A stretch of DNA of 64,000 bases from an uncultured delta proteobacterium (GTDB lineage: Bacteria; Myxococcota_A; Polyangia; Polyangiales; Polyangiaceae): assembly GCA_963696385.1 (NCBI GenBank), contig CAVOKF010000003.1, forward strand, positions 128,001 to 192,000. The letters run 5' to 3'. The first letter of the stretch is position 1. Every line of letters starts with the position of its first letter. Both the position numbers and the translations under genes were made by a program. Positions 10,207 to 19,504 of the stretch are shown here, in pieces. The notes beneath the pieces were generated by a model. That model was not told where the DNA came from, made no database searches, and was given only the letters and a program-made list of their open reading frames with translations.

Positions 10207-10572
10207 TCAGGATTCGTGCTCAGGAAGCTCAGCCTTCGTCCGTCGACGACGCGCATGCGTCGCGCGTCCGCCTTTCTGACCCGCGATGCGCGCTTCTTCG
10301 GTCGTGAATTCATGAGCGGTGCCGGCCGAATGCGCGGCCTTGCCTCCCCTTCGGGCGATGTCGCTCACGAGCTTGCGATCCATGGCTGCGAAGCCTCGGG
10401 GGCGCTTGACCGCAGCGTCGCCAGCCTCGGCGCCGGCGGTTTGCGGAGGCCGGTCCGGCATAAGCCCCTGGGGGGGAGCCGTGCAAGACGGCACCGACGT
10501 GTCATCGGAGTCGGTCCTCGATTGCGTTTCGGGAATTCGGGCGCTCATGACGGTGCCTCCTCTGCTTGTCAT
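10207..10572 (-). CDS. KGG-repeat general stress protein
   Basis: RGFAAMD..IARRGGKAAH..AHEFTTEEARIAGQKGG. Confidence 0.88.
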   Translation of the reverse strand: MTSRGGTVMSARIPETQSRTDSDDTSVPSCTAPPQGLMPDRPPQTAGAEAGDAAVKRPRGFAAMDRKLVSDIARRGGKAAHSAGTAHEFTTEEARIAGQKGGRATHARRRRTKAELPEHES

Positions 10573-10700
10573 GTTCTTGACATTCTTGATCGAGCGTAAC
10601 GTCCACTTCTTCGCGCCGGGCGCAGGCGTCCCGAGATCCGTCCTCCCAAACGGACGTAACTGCGATAGTGGCCATCCCCCAAACGGCGATGGGTCGCGCG

Positions 10701-10964
10701 CTAATTCAGAAATTTGCGAGAAATGAGACGTGCAGCTTCTGCCGATGCGTGCTCGATGGTTTCTTGAACGACGGAATCCGAGGCTTCACTCGAAACGCGG
10801 ATTGCGAAACGCCCCGCGCTCTCTTCGAAAAAACCCGGCTCGAGCGTCGAACCGTCGTCGAGGGTAAGAGAGCAGGATTCCACCGGCAGCACGTACATCC
10901 GCGAAGCGACCTGTACGTGAACATAACCAAGAAAGCGCCCATTCGGGGATCCGGTAACGCGCAT
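10701..10964 (-). CDS. Hypothetical protein (87 aa)
   Basis: Globular-looking C-terminal part of ORF 10701..11465, taken from ATG 10964. Confidence 0.55.
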   Translation of the reverse strand: MRVTGSPNGRFLGYVHVQVASRMYVLPVESCSLTLDDGSTLEPGFFEESAGRFAIRVSSEASDSVVQETIEHASAEAARLISRKFLN

Positions 10965-11175
10965 TGCAGGAGTTTTCAACCTCGTGATCAGCAAACTTAA
11001 ACATCCAAGCAGCCCGCGCAAGGTCCAGGCCTGTCCCCGGGTCTGGGAATAAGCATTGGCGAGCCTCAAGGACGGATCTCGACTCGGACGAATGCCGGCT
11101 GCCGCAGATGGCGTGGGAGCGTCTGCCCGACACGGTATTGCACGCCGCCCCGCTCTCGCGTACGGCTGAGGCGTC

Positions 11176-12720
11176 ATGATTGGACCCAATCCCCTGCGTC
11201 GAGGGCTCGTCGAGGACCGCGCAAGCGACTCTTGCGCCGTAGTCATTTTTGGCGCCTCAGGAGATCTCACCCGTCGCAAGCTGATGCCCGCGTTGTACAA
11301 TTTGGCGTGGGCGCATTCCCTGCCGGGGGGATTCGCGGTCGTCGGCGTTGCCCGGCGCGAGAAAACCGACGAGTCTTTTCGCGCGGAGATGAAGTCGGCC
11401 GTTTCGGCCTTTTCTCGTCGGAAGCCGATCGATCCCGTCGTCTGGTCGGACTTCGAGAAAGGCATCGGCTACGTGCGCGGGGCGGCGAACGATCCGTCGA
11501 CGTACGAGGCGTTGCGCACGCACCTCGAACGCATGGATGCAGAGCGCGGGACGGGGAAAAATCGCCTTTTCTATCTCGCCGTCCCACCGAACGAGTTCGG
11601 GCCCATCGTCGAGGGACTTCGCGGCTCGCGTCTCGTTGCCCCGGCGGCGCGCGAGCGCGCCGAGGGGATATGGACGCGCGTGGTCTTCGAAAAGCCATTC
11701 GGGCACGATTTGGCAAGTGCGCGCGAGCTGAACGATGCCGTCGCTGCCGCCTTCGATGAAACTCAGGTCTTTCGTATCGACCATTATCTCGGGAAAGAGA
11801 CTGTCCAAAATTTGTTGGTTTTTCGGTTCGCCAACTCACTGTTCGAGCCCCTTTGGGGGCGCGAGCACGTCGATCATGTCCAGATTACGGTTGCCGAGGA
11901 CCTCGGCGTCGAGGGTCGCGCGAAGTTCTACGAACAAACCGGTGTCACACGCGACATCGTCGAAAACCACCTGATGCAACTGCTGTGTCTCACCGCGATG
12001 GAACCGCCGATTTCGCTCTCCGCCGACGCCGTGCGAGACGAAAAAGTGAAGGTTCTTCGGAGCCTTCGTCCCATGGAGAACGACGAAGTCGCCGACAACG
12101 TGGTCCGAGGGCAATACGCGAGCGGTGTGGTGCATGGGGAGGAAGTCGTCGGTTATCGCCACGAGCCCGACGTGGCGCCTGAATCGCGCATCGAGACCTA
12201 CGTAGCCATGCGTGTATTCGTCGATAACTGGCGCTGGAGCGGCGTCCCCTTCTACGTGCGTGCGGGAAAACGACTGGCCAGGCGCGTAACGGAGATCGCG
12301 GTCGCGTTTCGCGAGGCCCCCCACACCCTTTTTCGCGCGAGAGACGGAGGGATCACGCCGAACGTGCTTTCGCTTCGCATTCAGCCGGACGAAGGCATAG
12401 CCCTGCGCTTCATTTCCAAAGAGCCTGGACAACAGACGATCCTGCGCGATGTGGCGATGGATTTCCGTTACGGGGCCACCTTTGGGTCGAATACTCCCGA
12501 AGCGTACGAGCGACTCCTGCTCGATGCGATGCGTGGCGAAGCTACGCTATTCACCCGTCGCGACGAGGTCGAAGAGCAGTGGGCGTACATCGACCGTGTC
12601 CTGCGAGCCTGGGGGTCCAGCGATCCCTCGGCTCCGCCGCTGTACGCCGCCGGTTCGTGGGGCCCGGAGCGAGCCGACGAGCTGCTCGCCCGTGACGGCC
12701 GACGCTGGCGGAAGCCATGA
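11176..12720 (+). CDS. zwf: Glucose-6-phosphate 1-dehydrogenase
   Basis: IFGASGDL, EKPFG, RIDHYLGKE, PEAYERL. Confidence 0.97.
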   Translation: MIGPNPLRRGLVEDRASDSCAVVIFGASGDLTRRKLMPALYNLAWAHSLPGGFAVVGVARREKTDESFRAEMKSAVSAFSRRKPIDPVVWSDFEKGIGYVRGAANDPSTYEALRTHLERMDAERGTGKNRLFYLAVPPNEFGPIVEGLRGSRLVAPAARERAEGIWTRVVFEKPFGHDLASARELNDAVAAAFDETQVFRIDHYLGKETVQNLLVFRFANSLFEPLWGREHVDHVQITVAEDLGVEGRAKFYEQTGVTRDIVENHLMQLLCLTAMEPPISLSADAVRDEKVKVLRSLRPMENDEVADNVVRGQYASGVVHGEEVVGYRHEPDVAPESRIETYVAMRVFVDNWRWSGVPFYVRAGKRLARRVTEIAVAFREAPHTLFRARDGGITPNVLSLRIQPDEGIALRFISKEPGQQTILRDVAMDFRYGATFGSNTPEAYERLLLDAMRGEATLFTRRDEVEEQWAYIDRVLRAWGSSDPSAPPLYAAGSWGPERADELLARDGRRWRKP

Positions 12721-13829
12721 CGATCGCCCCCGGAATTGTCCTTGCCCGAATTGACGAAGAGTTGCGCGCGCTCTGGACCACGCCTGCCGTCGCCGGCGAG
12801 CCCCTGAAATCGCGCGCTTGCACGATGAACCTGGTCGTGGTTGCGGCGACACCCGCCCTGGCCGACCCGTGCGTCGCCTTTGTCGATGAGGTCGTCAAGA
12901 ACGTGCCGGCACGCGCTATCGTCGTGGGCCTGGATCCGGATGGCCGCGACGAGCTCGAGGCCTCGGTCTCGGCCGTTTGCGCACCCGACCCGGGGGGGCG
13001 CACGATCGTTTGCTCCGAGCGAGTCACGCTGGTCGCACGCGGTGCGCTTTGCAACCGCCTGTCCAGCTGCGTGCAAGCCATCTGTGCGACGGATGTGCCG
13101 ACTACGCTCGTGTGGCTTGCGCGCGTGCACTCCGACGATCCGGCTTTCGAACCGCTGGCCCGGGAGGCACGGAGGGTCGTCCTCGATGCCGGGCAGAGCT
13201 CGATCGCGAGCTTGTCGCATGCCGTGCGTTGGGCGCGGGGCCGTCCCGAGGATGAGCGGCCCGGAATCGCGGATCTCGTATGGAGCCGCCTCGCATCGTG
13301 GCAAGAACTTTGCGCGCGGATGTTCGATCCGCCGCGCTTGCGTGGGCTTGTTCGCCGCGTCACGCGGGTGAGCCTGCTGCAAGCCTGCCCAACTGGAGCG
13401 GCACTCGCCCCGGAGGGGGCTCTTCTGCTCGGTTGGATGGCGACGCGTCTCGGATGGAAGACAGCATCCTTGGCTGGAAAATTGCGCCTCGTCCGTCCCG
13501 ACGGCGGATACGTCCAGACCCAGATCAAGCAGCAACCCGTCGATTGGGCGCCAAAAGGAAGTCTGCTCGGGCTCGAACTCGAGGCGAGCGCAGACGGCCT
13601 CGCCATTCTCGGAGAAGTTGTGCGCCAAGATGCCGCCCAAGCGGCGTGGCGCGTCCGTGTCTCGTCCGACGGTGAAACGCAGCACCTCGAGCAACACATC
13701 CGCCTTCGGCCCACGGGAGTCGCGCTCGTGCTCGAGCGCACGCTTCATCGTCCTCCACAAGACGATGCGCTCGCGGACGCCGCCATTTGGGCGGATGAAC
13801 TGCGGGGCGAGGAGCTTGCTGGTGCGTAA
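12717..13829 (+). CDS. opcA: G6PDH assembly/allosteric protein OpcA
   Basis: 4-bp overlap with zwf; RACTMNLVV, PARAI, CSERV, DLVWSRLASW, GWMATRLGW. Confidence 0.88.
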   Translation: MTIAPGIVLARIDEELRALWTTPAVAGEPLKSRACTMNLVVVAATPALADPCVAFVDEVVKNVPARAIVVGLDPDGRDELEASVSAVCAPDPGGRTIVCSERVTLVARGALCNRLSSCVQAICATDVPTTLVWLARVHSDDPAFEPLAREARRVVLDAGQSSIASLSHAVRWARGRPEDERPGIADLVWSRLASWQELCARMFDPPRLRGLVRRVTRVSLLQACPTGAALAPEGALLLGWMATRLGWKTASLAGKLRLVRPDGGYVQTQIKQQPVDWAPKGSLLGLELEASADGLAILGEVVRQDAAQAAWRVRVSSDGETQHLEQHIRLRPTGVALVLERTLHRPPQDDALADAAIWADELRGEELAGA

Positions 13830-13885
13830 GGGTCGACTCGTCCGGGTTCGCTTCCGAATTGCGAGCGGCTAAGGTCACGCGCGGC

Positions 13886-14638
13886 ATGAACACGCAGGTG
13901 GTTCCGGGGCGACTGATTGTGTTGCGGGAGGCCGGGCAGGTCGCACAACAAGCCGCAGCCTTGGTCGGGCGGGCTCTGCAAGCTGCAATCTCGTTGCGCG
14001 GATATGCGACCCTCGCCTTGTCGGGCGGAAATACTCCTCGCGCCGCCTACGCGCTGCTCGCCCGCGAGCCGGGAATCGACTGGGCGAGCGTCCGCGTCTT
14101 TTGGGTCGATGAGCGAGCTGTTGCACCCGACGACGACCGGAGCAACTATCGGTGGGCGAAGGCCACGTTGCTCGATGCCGCGCAAGTGCCAGAGCGGCAA
14201 ATTCACCGCATGCCCGCCGAGCGGACCGACGCAGACCAGGCGGCGCGCGAATACGAACTGTTGCTCCGGAGCGAGACGCAAACCGGCGACGACGGCGTTC
14301 CTGCCCTGGACGTCGTGGTGCTGGGGGTCGGAGACGACGGGCACACAGCGTCGCTCTTTCCAGGCGAGCCCACCGTAGACGTCGTCCATCGGCTCGTTAT
14401 CGCGGTCCCCGCCAGTGCGGGTCGCGAGGGGCGATTGACGCTGACCGTCCCCGTCCTTCAAAACTGCGGGAGCGTTTTCGTTCTTGCTTTGGGCGCCGGG
14501 AAGATCCAAGCGCTGCGCCGCGTCTGGGACATCCACGGCGATCTGCGCGAAACCCCGGCGCGTCTCGTGCGCGGCTGTCGCGGCTCGATCACGTGGCTCG
14601 TGGACCGCGCCGCAGCCGGTCTGACACCGAACGAGTGA
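13886..14638 (+). CDS. pgl: 6-phosphogluconolactonase
   Basis: LSGGNTP, FWVDER, SNY, LGVGDDGHTASLFP. Confidence 0.95.
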   Translation: MNTQVVPGRLIVLREAGQVAQQAAALVGRALQAAISLRGYATLALSGGNTPRAAYALLAREPGIDWASVRVFWVDERAVAPDDDRSNYRWAKATLLDAAQVPERQIHRMPAERTDADQAAREYELLLRSETQTGDDGVPALDVVVLGVGDDGHTASLFPGEPTVDVVHRLVIAVPASAGREGRLTLTVPVLQNCGSVFVLALGAGKIQALRRVWDIHGDLRETPARLVRGCRGSITWLVDRAAAGLTPNE

Positions 14639-14695
14639 GCCGGTCCGACAGCGAATGCGTGACTGCGACGAACGCACCGGTCACCCGGCTCGCTT

Positions 14696-14867
14696 CGGTC
14701 CGCCGCATGGCTCCAGCCGACTCGGCCTGATCGACGTCGGGTCCGCCGCGTGGCTCCAGCCGGCCCGGCCCGATCGACGTCGGGTCCGCCGCGTGGCTCC
14801 AACCGGCCCGGCCCGATCGACGTCGGGTCCGCCGCGTGGCTCCAACCGGCCCGGCCTGATCGACGTC
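14696..14867. repeat. Tandem repeat, 4 x 43 bp (GGGTCCGCCGCGTGGCTCCARCCGGCCCGGCCYGATCGACGTC)
   Basis: Head-to-tail units at 14696, 14739, 14782 and 14825 with no spacers. Confidence 0.95.
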
Positions 14868-14958
14868 GAGAAGGCGAATGTTCGCGACCCTCCGCATTTC
14901 GTGCGGACGCGAACCCCCGCCAAACCAGACGCTCGACTGCGAGTTCTCGCGCGGACGG

Positions 14959-15939
14959 CTAACGTCCCAGGGCTACTCGGGCGGCCCCGGCGAGACCGAT
15001 GTTCGGGTCGAGCACGACCGCGAGCGGAATTTTTTCCATCAAGGACATAAAGCGGCCCTTGTCTGCGAACGCGCGCCGGAAACCGCCTTGTTCGAGGATG
15101 GGGAGCATGCGGACGGCGATGTTTCCGGTGACGTAGACCCCTCCCACGGCCAGCGTCTTCAAGGCGAGATTGCCCGCCTCCGCACCATAAATCGTGGAGA
15201 AAAGATGAACGGCCTGGGAGGCGGCCTCACTTCGCCCGCCGATTCCGAGATCAGAGATGGCGGCGTTGCGATCCGGTGCCGCCGCGATCGACCGCGCATT
15301 TTCGGAGCTCTCCGGGGTCCCCTTGGCCTGCCGGAAAAAATCGTAGATATTGCCCAGACCATCGCCCGAGAGGGTTCGCTCCCAACTCACGTGGCCGAAC
15401 CGCGTCCGTAGAAACTGAAACAATTCAACTTCGAGCTCATCGCGTGGAGCAAAGTCGCTGTGTCCGCCTTCGGTGGCGCTCGGGACGTATCGCATGCCGT
15501 CCCAAATCAGCATCGCCTCGCCGAGTCCGGTCCCAGCGCCGAGAACCGCGATGTTGGCACCTTTCCGCCTGGGAGCGCCGGCGCGACCGATGGTCCGGAG
15601 CTTGCGCGGCGGCACGCCGAGTGTGCCCAGTGCCAGCGCCACCAGATCGTTGATGAGCGTCACACGTCGGATCGAGAGCTTCCGTCCGAGCAACTTCGCG
15701 TCGATGACCCAGGGCAGATTCGTCGTGGAAACGCACCCATCGACGACCGGCCCGGCGACGCCAAAGGCCGCGGCACGAACCTTCGGCGACGGCTTCGACG
15801 CCGATAGAAAAGAGCGGACCGCCGCTTCGAGTGACGGAAAGAGCCGACTCTCCAGATCTTGGTGCCGAACCGTGCGTCCGGTCGGGCCCAAAAGAGAAAG
15901 GCGCGTGTGGGTACCTCCGATATCGCCGATGACGAACAC
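14959..15939 (-). CDS. glk: Glucokinase
   Basis: GDIGGTHTR, AGPV, INDL, GAGTGLG, TEGGH, F..KGRF. Confidence 0.95.
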   Translation of the reverse strand: MFVIGDIGGTHTRLSLLGPTGRTVRHQDLESRLFPSLEAAVRSFLSASKPSPKVRAAAFGVAGPVVDGCVSTTNLPWVIDAKLLGRKLSIRRVTLINDLVALALGTLGVPPRKLRTIGRAGAPRRKGANIAVLGAGTGLGEAMLIWDGMRYVPSATEGGHSDFAPRDELEVELFQFLRTRFGHVSWERTLSGDGLGNIYDFFRQAKGTPESSENARSIAAAPDRNAAISDLGIGGRSEAASQAVHLFSTIYGAEAGNLALKTLAVGGVYVTGNIAVRMLPILEQGGFRRAFADKGRFMSLMEKIPLAVVLDPNIGLAGAARVALGR

Positions 15940-15954
15940 GGGCCAGAGCCTCTA

Positions 15955-16383
15955 TCACGATTCGCTGCTCAGCACCCACATGGCCGCGATTCCGAGCACC
16001 ACCCCGAGGGTCCGCCGTGCCGTGAACGCCTCACCGAAGAGCCATGGTGAGGCAAGCGCGCTCAGGACGACGCCACCACCTAGGACAATCGTGCCCGTGG
16101 ACGCCACGGGCCCACCGCGCCGAAGAGCCGTGAAGAGGAGAACGCTCGCACCCGATACGGCAAGGCCGCTCGCCGCTGCGAATCCGACTCCCGCCCGTGT
16201 CGTGACCACAGCGCCTCCGCGACCGCCCAATGCGAGGACCGCGGCGATACCGATGCATGCGCTCGCCTCGAGGACGAGCGCGCCGAGGCGGTCGCCCACG
16301 CGACCCGACGCGGCCCGCAGCAAAAGGTAGTGAACGGCGATGCAACCAGCGGCGCCGAACGCAGCGGGGGACCACGCAGACAT
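15955..16383 (-). CDS. Small EamA/DMT family membrane protein
   Basis: About 5 hydrophobic helices, LFGEAF..LGVVLG. Confidence 0.75.
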   Translation of the reverse strand: MSAWSPAAFGAAGCIAVHYLLLRAASGRVGDRLGALVLEASACIGIAAVLALGGRGGAVVTTRAGVGFAAASGLAVSGASVLLFTALRRGGPVASTGTIVLGGGVVLSALASPWLFGEAFTARRTLGVVLGIAAMWVLSSES

Positions 16384-16419
16384 GAGGTCCAGATACCATC
16401 GGTGGTCCCCCGTCCCCGA

Positions 16420-17625
16420 CTATTTCCACCGCGCGCCAGCGTCGCGCACCGCAGCGACGTGCGACTCGTAAGTCTCGGAGAATGCGTGCCTTCCCTCGCC
16501 GCGCGCGACGAAGAAGAAGTAGCGAGATCGACTCGGTGCCATCACGGCGTCGAGCGACTTGACCCCGGGGTTCGCGATGGGACCAGGCGGGAGGCCCTCG
16601 TGGGTGTACGTCGAATACGGGTTGTCCGGATCGTGCTCCATCGCCGCGGTCGGCTTGCCCACGAACGTGGCGCACGATGCCGCCGCGGTGGGTGCAACGA
16701 GGCACCCGTAACTGGCCGTAGGGTCGCATTCGAGCCGCTTCGGATGGAAGGCCGGGTCGCGGATGCGGTTCAAGAAGACGCTGGCGATGACCGGGCGTTC
16801 GTCGTCGACCACCGCTTCCTTTTCCACCATCGACGCCAGCGTGACCACGTCGCGAAGATTGAGGGCGGCGGAGGTCATCACGTCACCCAGCGTCGCCGCC
16901 CGGGCCCGGGCAAGGATGTCCCACCGGCGATCAAACTCGCGCTTCATCGTCCGAACGACGTCTTGCGCGTCGTCGTCCAAAGGAAAATCGTAGGTGGCTG
17001 GAAAAAGAAAGCCCTCGGCGCTGTCCCCCTCGACACCGAGATCGCGCAGCAGGGTTGCGTCGACGGTTGCATCCAGAAATGCGCGAAGAGGCACGACGTG
17101 CTTTTCATCCAATCGGCGCGCCATCTCGAATCGATTCCAGCCCTCCGGGAACGTGACGCGCGCCGTGCCCGTGGCTCCCCGGCGTTCGAGGCGCGCCATC
17201 AGCTCGCGCGGGCTCGCGTCGTCGGTGAGCAGATGCACCCCTTCGACGACATCGCCCGGCCCCCCTGTGGCGCGCACCCAGAACGCGAACAAATCCCGAT
17301 TCGACACGAGGCCGGCGGCGAACAATTGCGTTGCGAGGCCGACGGCGGTGGAATTCTTTGGAATGGTCATCTCGACCGACTGTCCGGAGCCGGGGCCCCG
17401 TCGTGAGGGGTAGACGACGAAAAGCCCAATCGAGACGGCTGCGGCGAGACATCCGGCCGCTACTGCGAGACAGGCACCGACGCCCAGACGAACGCGCTGC
17501 GGGTGCGCGATCCGTGCTTCGGCGACCCTGGGCCGGCCTCTGCCACGCCGCCGGCGCTTCGGGCCGGCACTCGGCTGGCCCTTCGTCCGGCGCGCGCCGG
17601 TCCCCCGTTTCTGCGCGTCCGTCAT
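16420..17625 (-). CDS. mltG: Endolytic transglycosylase MltG
   Basis: TFPEG, EGFLFPATY, LASMVEKE, NPYSTY..GLPPGPIANPG. Confidence 0.95.
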   Translation of the reverse strand: MTDAQKRGTGARRTKGQPSAGPKRRRRGRGRPRVAEARIAHPQRVRLGVGACLAVAAGCLAAAVSIGLFVVYPSRRGPGSGQSVEMTIPKNSTAVGLATQLFAAGLVSNRDLFAFWVRATGGPGDVVEGVHLLTDDASPRELMARLERRGATGTARVTFPEGWNRFEMARRLDEKHVVPLRAFLDATVDATLLRDLGVEGDSAEGFLFPATYDFPLDDDAQDVVRTMKREFDRRWDILARARAATLGDVMTSAALNLRDVVTLASMVEKEAVVDDERPVIASVFLNRIRDPAFHPKRLECDPTASYGCLVAPTAAASCATFVGKPTAAMEHDPDNPYSTYTHEGLPPGPIANPGVKSLDAVMAPSRSRYFFFVARGEGRHAFSETYESHVAAVRDAGARWK

Positions 17626-18074
17626 CGACGACCCCGCCTTCGACCCCGCGCGTCGATCCAAGACTGCAAGATGGCGCATGCCGCGGCCGCGTCGACGTGG
17701 GCTCTGGCCTTGCGACCGCGTACGTTCGCCGCCGCGAGCCAACGGCGCGCCTGCACGGTCGAGAGTCTCTCGTCCCAGAGCTCAACCAGCCGACCCGTCG
17801 CGTCGGCGATCCGCTGCGCCAACGCCCGCGATCGACGCGCGGCCTGCCCCTCTCCGCCACGCATGTCGAGCGGCAGGCCGACGACGAACCGGCCCACGTT
17901 CTCCTCGTCGGCAAGCTTCCTCAGACCTAAAACGAGCGCTTCCGGATCCGACGCGTCGAGCGTCCCCCGAGGGTGAGCCAGAAGACCCAGCTCATCGTCG
18001 ATAGCCACGCCGACGCGAGCCGCCCCTGGGTCGAGCGCGCACGTTCGGAATGAACGCCGCGCATTGGCATCCAC
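17622..18074 (-). CDS. ruvX: YqgF/RuvX nuclease
   Basis: ALDPG..RVGVA, VVGLP, WDERLST, DAAAA..ILQ; start approximate. Confidence 0.92.
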   Translation of the reverse strand: MDANARRSFRTCALDPGAARVGVAIDDELGLLAHPRGTLDASDPEALVLGLRKLADEENVGRFVVGLPLDMRGGEGQAARRSRALAQRIADATGRLVELWDERLSTVQARRWLAAANVRGRKARAHVDAAAACAILQSWIDARGRRRGRR

Positions 18075-18193
18075 GGTGGAGTGGCATAGCGCGCCCCGGC
18101 GCGTGGCGCCATTGTCCAGAGGCTTGACCCGACCGTGCGCTCGGGGCCATAAGTCCGGGCTCTTTTGACTTCCCCCGGATCCTCCCAACAGAA

Positions 18194-19504
18194 ATGACTT
18201 TGCTCCGAGCCGTCAAGGGCATGAACGACGTGCTGCCCGAGGAGAGCGCGCGCTGGCAGTACTTCGAACAGGCTTACGCGCGGACGATGAGCCTGCACGG
18301 ATTCCGCGAGATCCGTACCCCGTACGTCGAACCGACCTCCTTATTCGTCCGTGCGATGGGCGACACGACCGACGTTGTCGAGAAGGAGATGTACTCGTTC
18401 CAACACCATGGCGATTCGCTGACGCTCCGACCCGAGGGGACGGCGGGGGCAGTGCGAGCGTATCTCGAGCACGCCGTTTCATCGCGGGAGCCGGTAACGC
18501 GCTGGTGGTACGCGGGGCCGATGTTTCGGGCGGAGCGGCCTCAACGCGGGCGGTACCGACAATTTTTTCAACTCGGTGCAGAGATTTTTGGCGACGACGG
18601 GCCCGGGTGTGACGCCGAGATGATCACGATGCTTTTCGAACTCATGCGGGAGCTCGAGGTGCCCGACTTGCATTTGCTGATCAATTCGCTGGGGGGTCCA
18701 CAGGTTCGGAGACGATATCGCGAGGCCCTCGTCGAGCACCTCACACCCCGCAGCGACTCGCTTTCGACCGACTCGCAACGTCGCCTGCGCACCAATCCGT
18801 TGCGAGTCCTCGATTCGAAGGACGAACGCGATCAGGCGGCCGTTCTGGGCGCGCCCACGATTCGCGAGTTCCTAGACCCTGGCGATCGCGAGCACTTCGC
18901 CAAGCTTTGCACGTACCTCGATACGCTCGGCACGCCCTACACGGTCGACGCGCGACTCGTTCGAGGGATCGATTACTATACGAGGACTCTTTTCGAGATT
19001 CAGGGCGCGCGCGACAAGCTCGGCGCCGGCAGCACGCTCGTCGGCGGCGGGCGCTACGATGGGCTGGTTCAGGATCTCGGCGGGCCCGCGGTATCCGCCA
19101 TCGGATTCGCCGCCGGCCTCGAGCGGCTGCTCATCGCGAGCGACATCGCGACCTCGGCCAATTCGCTCGACGCGCTCGTCGCACCCGTCGGCGCCGAGGC
19201 CATGGGTCCAGGCCTGCTGCTGGCGCGCCAGCTGCGAGCCCGCGGCATTCGATGCGACATCGACACGCGCGGAAGCTCGCTCAAGAGCCAACTTCGGCGC
19301 GCCAATCAGCTTCGGACGCGCGTGGTGCTCATCGTCGGTGAAAGCGAGCTCGCCGATGACGCTGTTCAGGTCAAGGACCTCGACCTGCACACGCAGGAGC
19401 GTATGCCCCGCGAGCAGGCGTTGCGCGCCGTCGTCGATCGGCTCATGAGCGCGTCGGGGAGCGTCGCCCCGCTGGTTCACCGAGACGCCACGGAGCGCCG
19501 ATGA
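18194..19504 (+). CDS. hisS: Histidyl-tRNA synthetase
   Basis: KGMND, LRPEGTA, RPQRGRYRQF, LVRGIDYY, GGRYDG. Confidence 0.97.
   Translation: MTLLRAVKGMNDVLPEESARWQYFEQAYARTMSLHGFREIRTPYVEPTSLFVRAMGDTTDVVEKEMYSFQHHGDSLTLRPEGTAGAVRAYLEHAVSSREPVTRWWYAGPMFRAERPQRGRYRQFFQLGAEIFGDDGPGCDAEMITMLFELMRELEVPDLHLLINSLGGPQVRRRYREALVEHLTPRSDSLSTDSQRRLRTNPLRVLDSKDERDQAAVLGAPTIREFLDPGDREHFAKLCTYLDTLGTPYTVDARLVRGIDYYTRTLFEIQGARDKLGAGSTLVGGGRYDGLVQDLGGPAVSAIGFAAGLERLLIASDIATSANSLDALVAPVGAEAMGPGLLLARQLRARGIRCDIDTRGSSLKSQLRRANQLRTRVVLIVGESELADDAVQVKDLDLHTQERMPREQALRAVVDRLMSASGSVAPLVHRDATERR

Noticed and set aside
11127..11142. Sigma-54 promoter before zwf (GACACGGTATTGC)
   Set aside because: Lacks the -24 GG and the spacing is one base short
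14696..14867. CRISPR array
   Set aside because: Units are contiguous with no unique spacers, and there are no cas genes in the window
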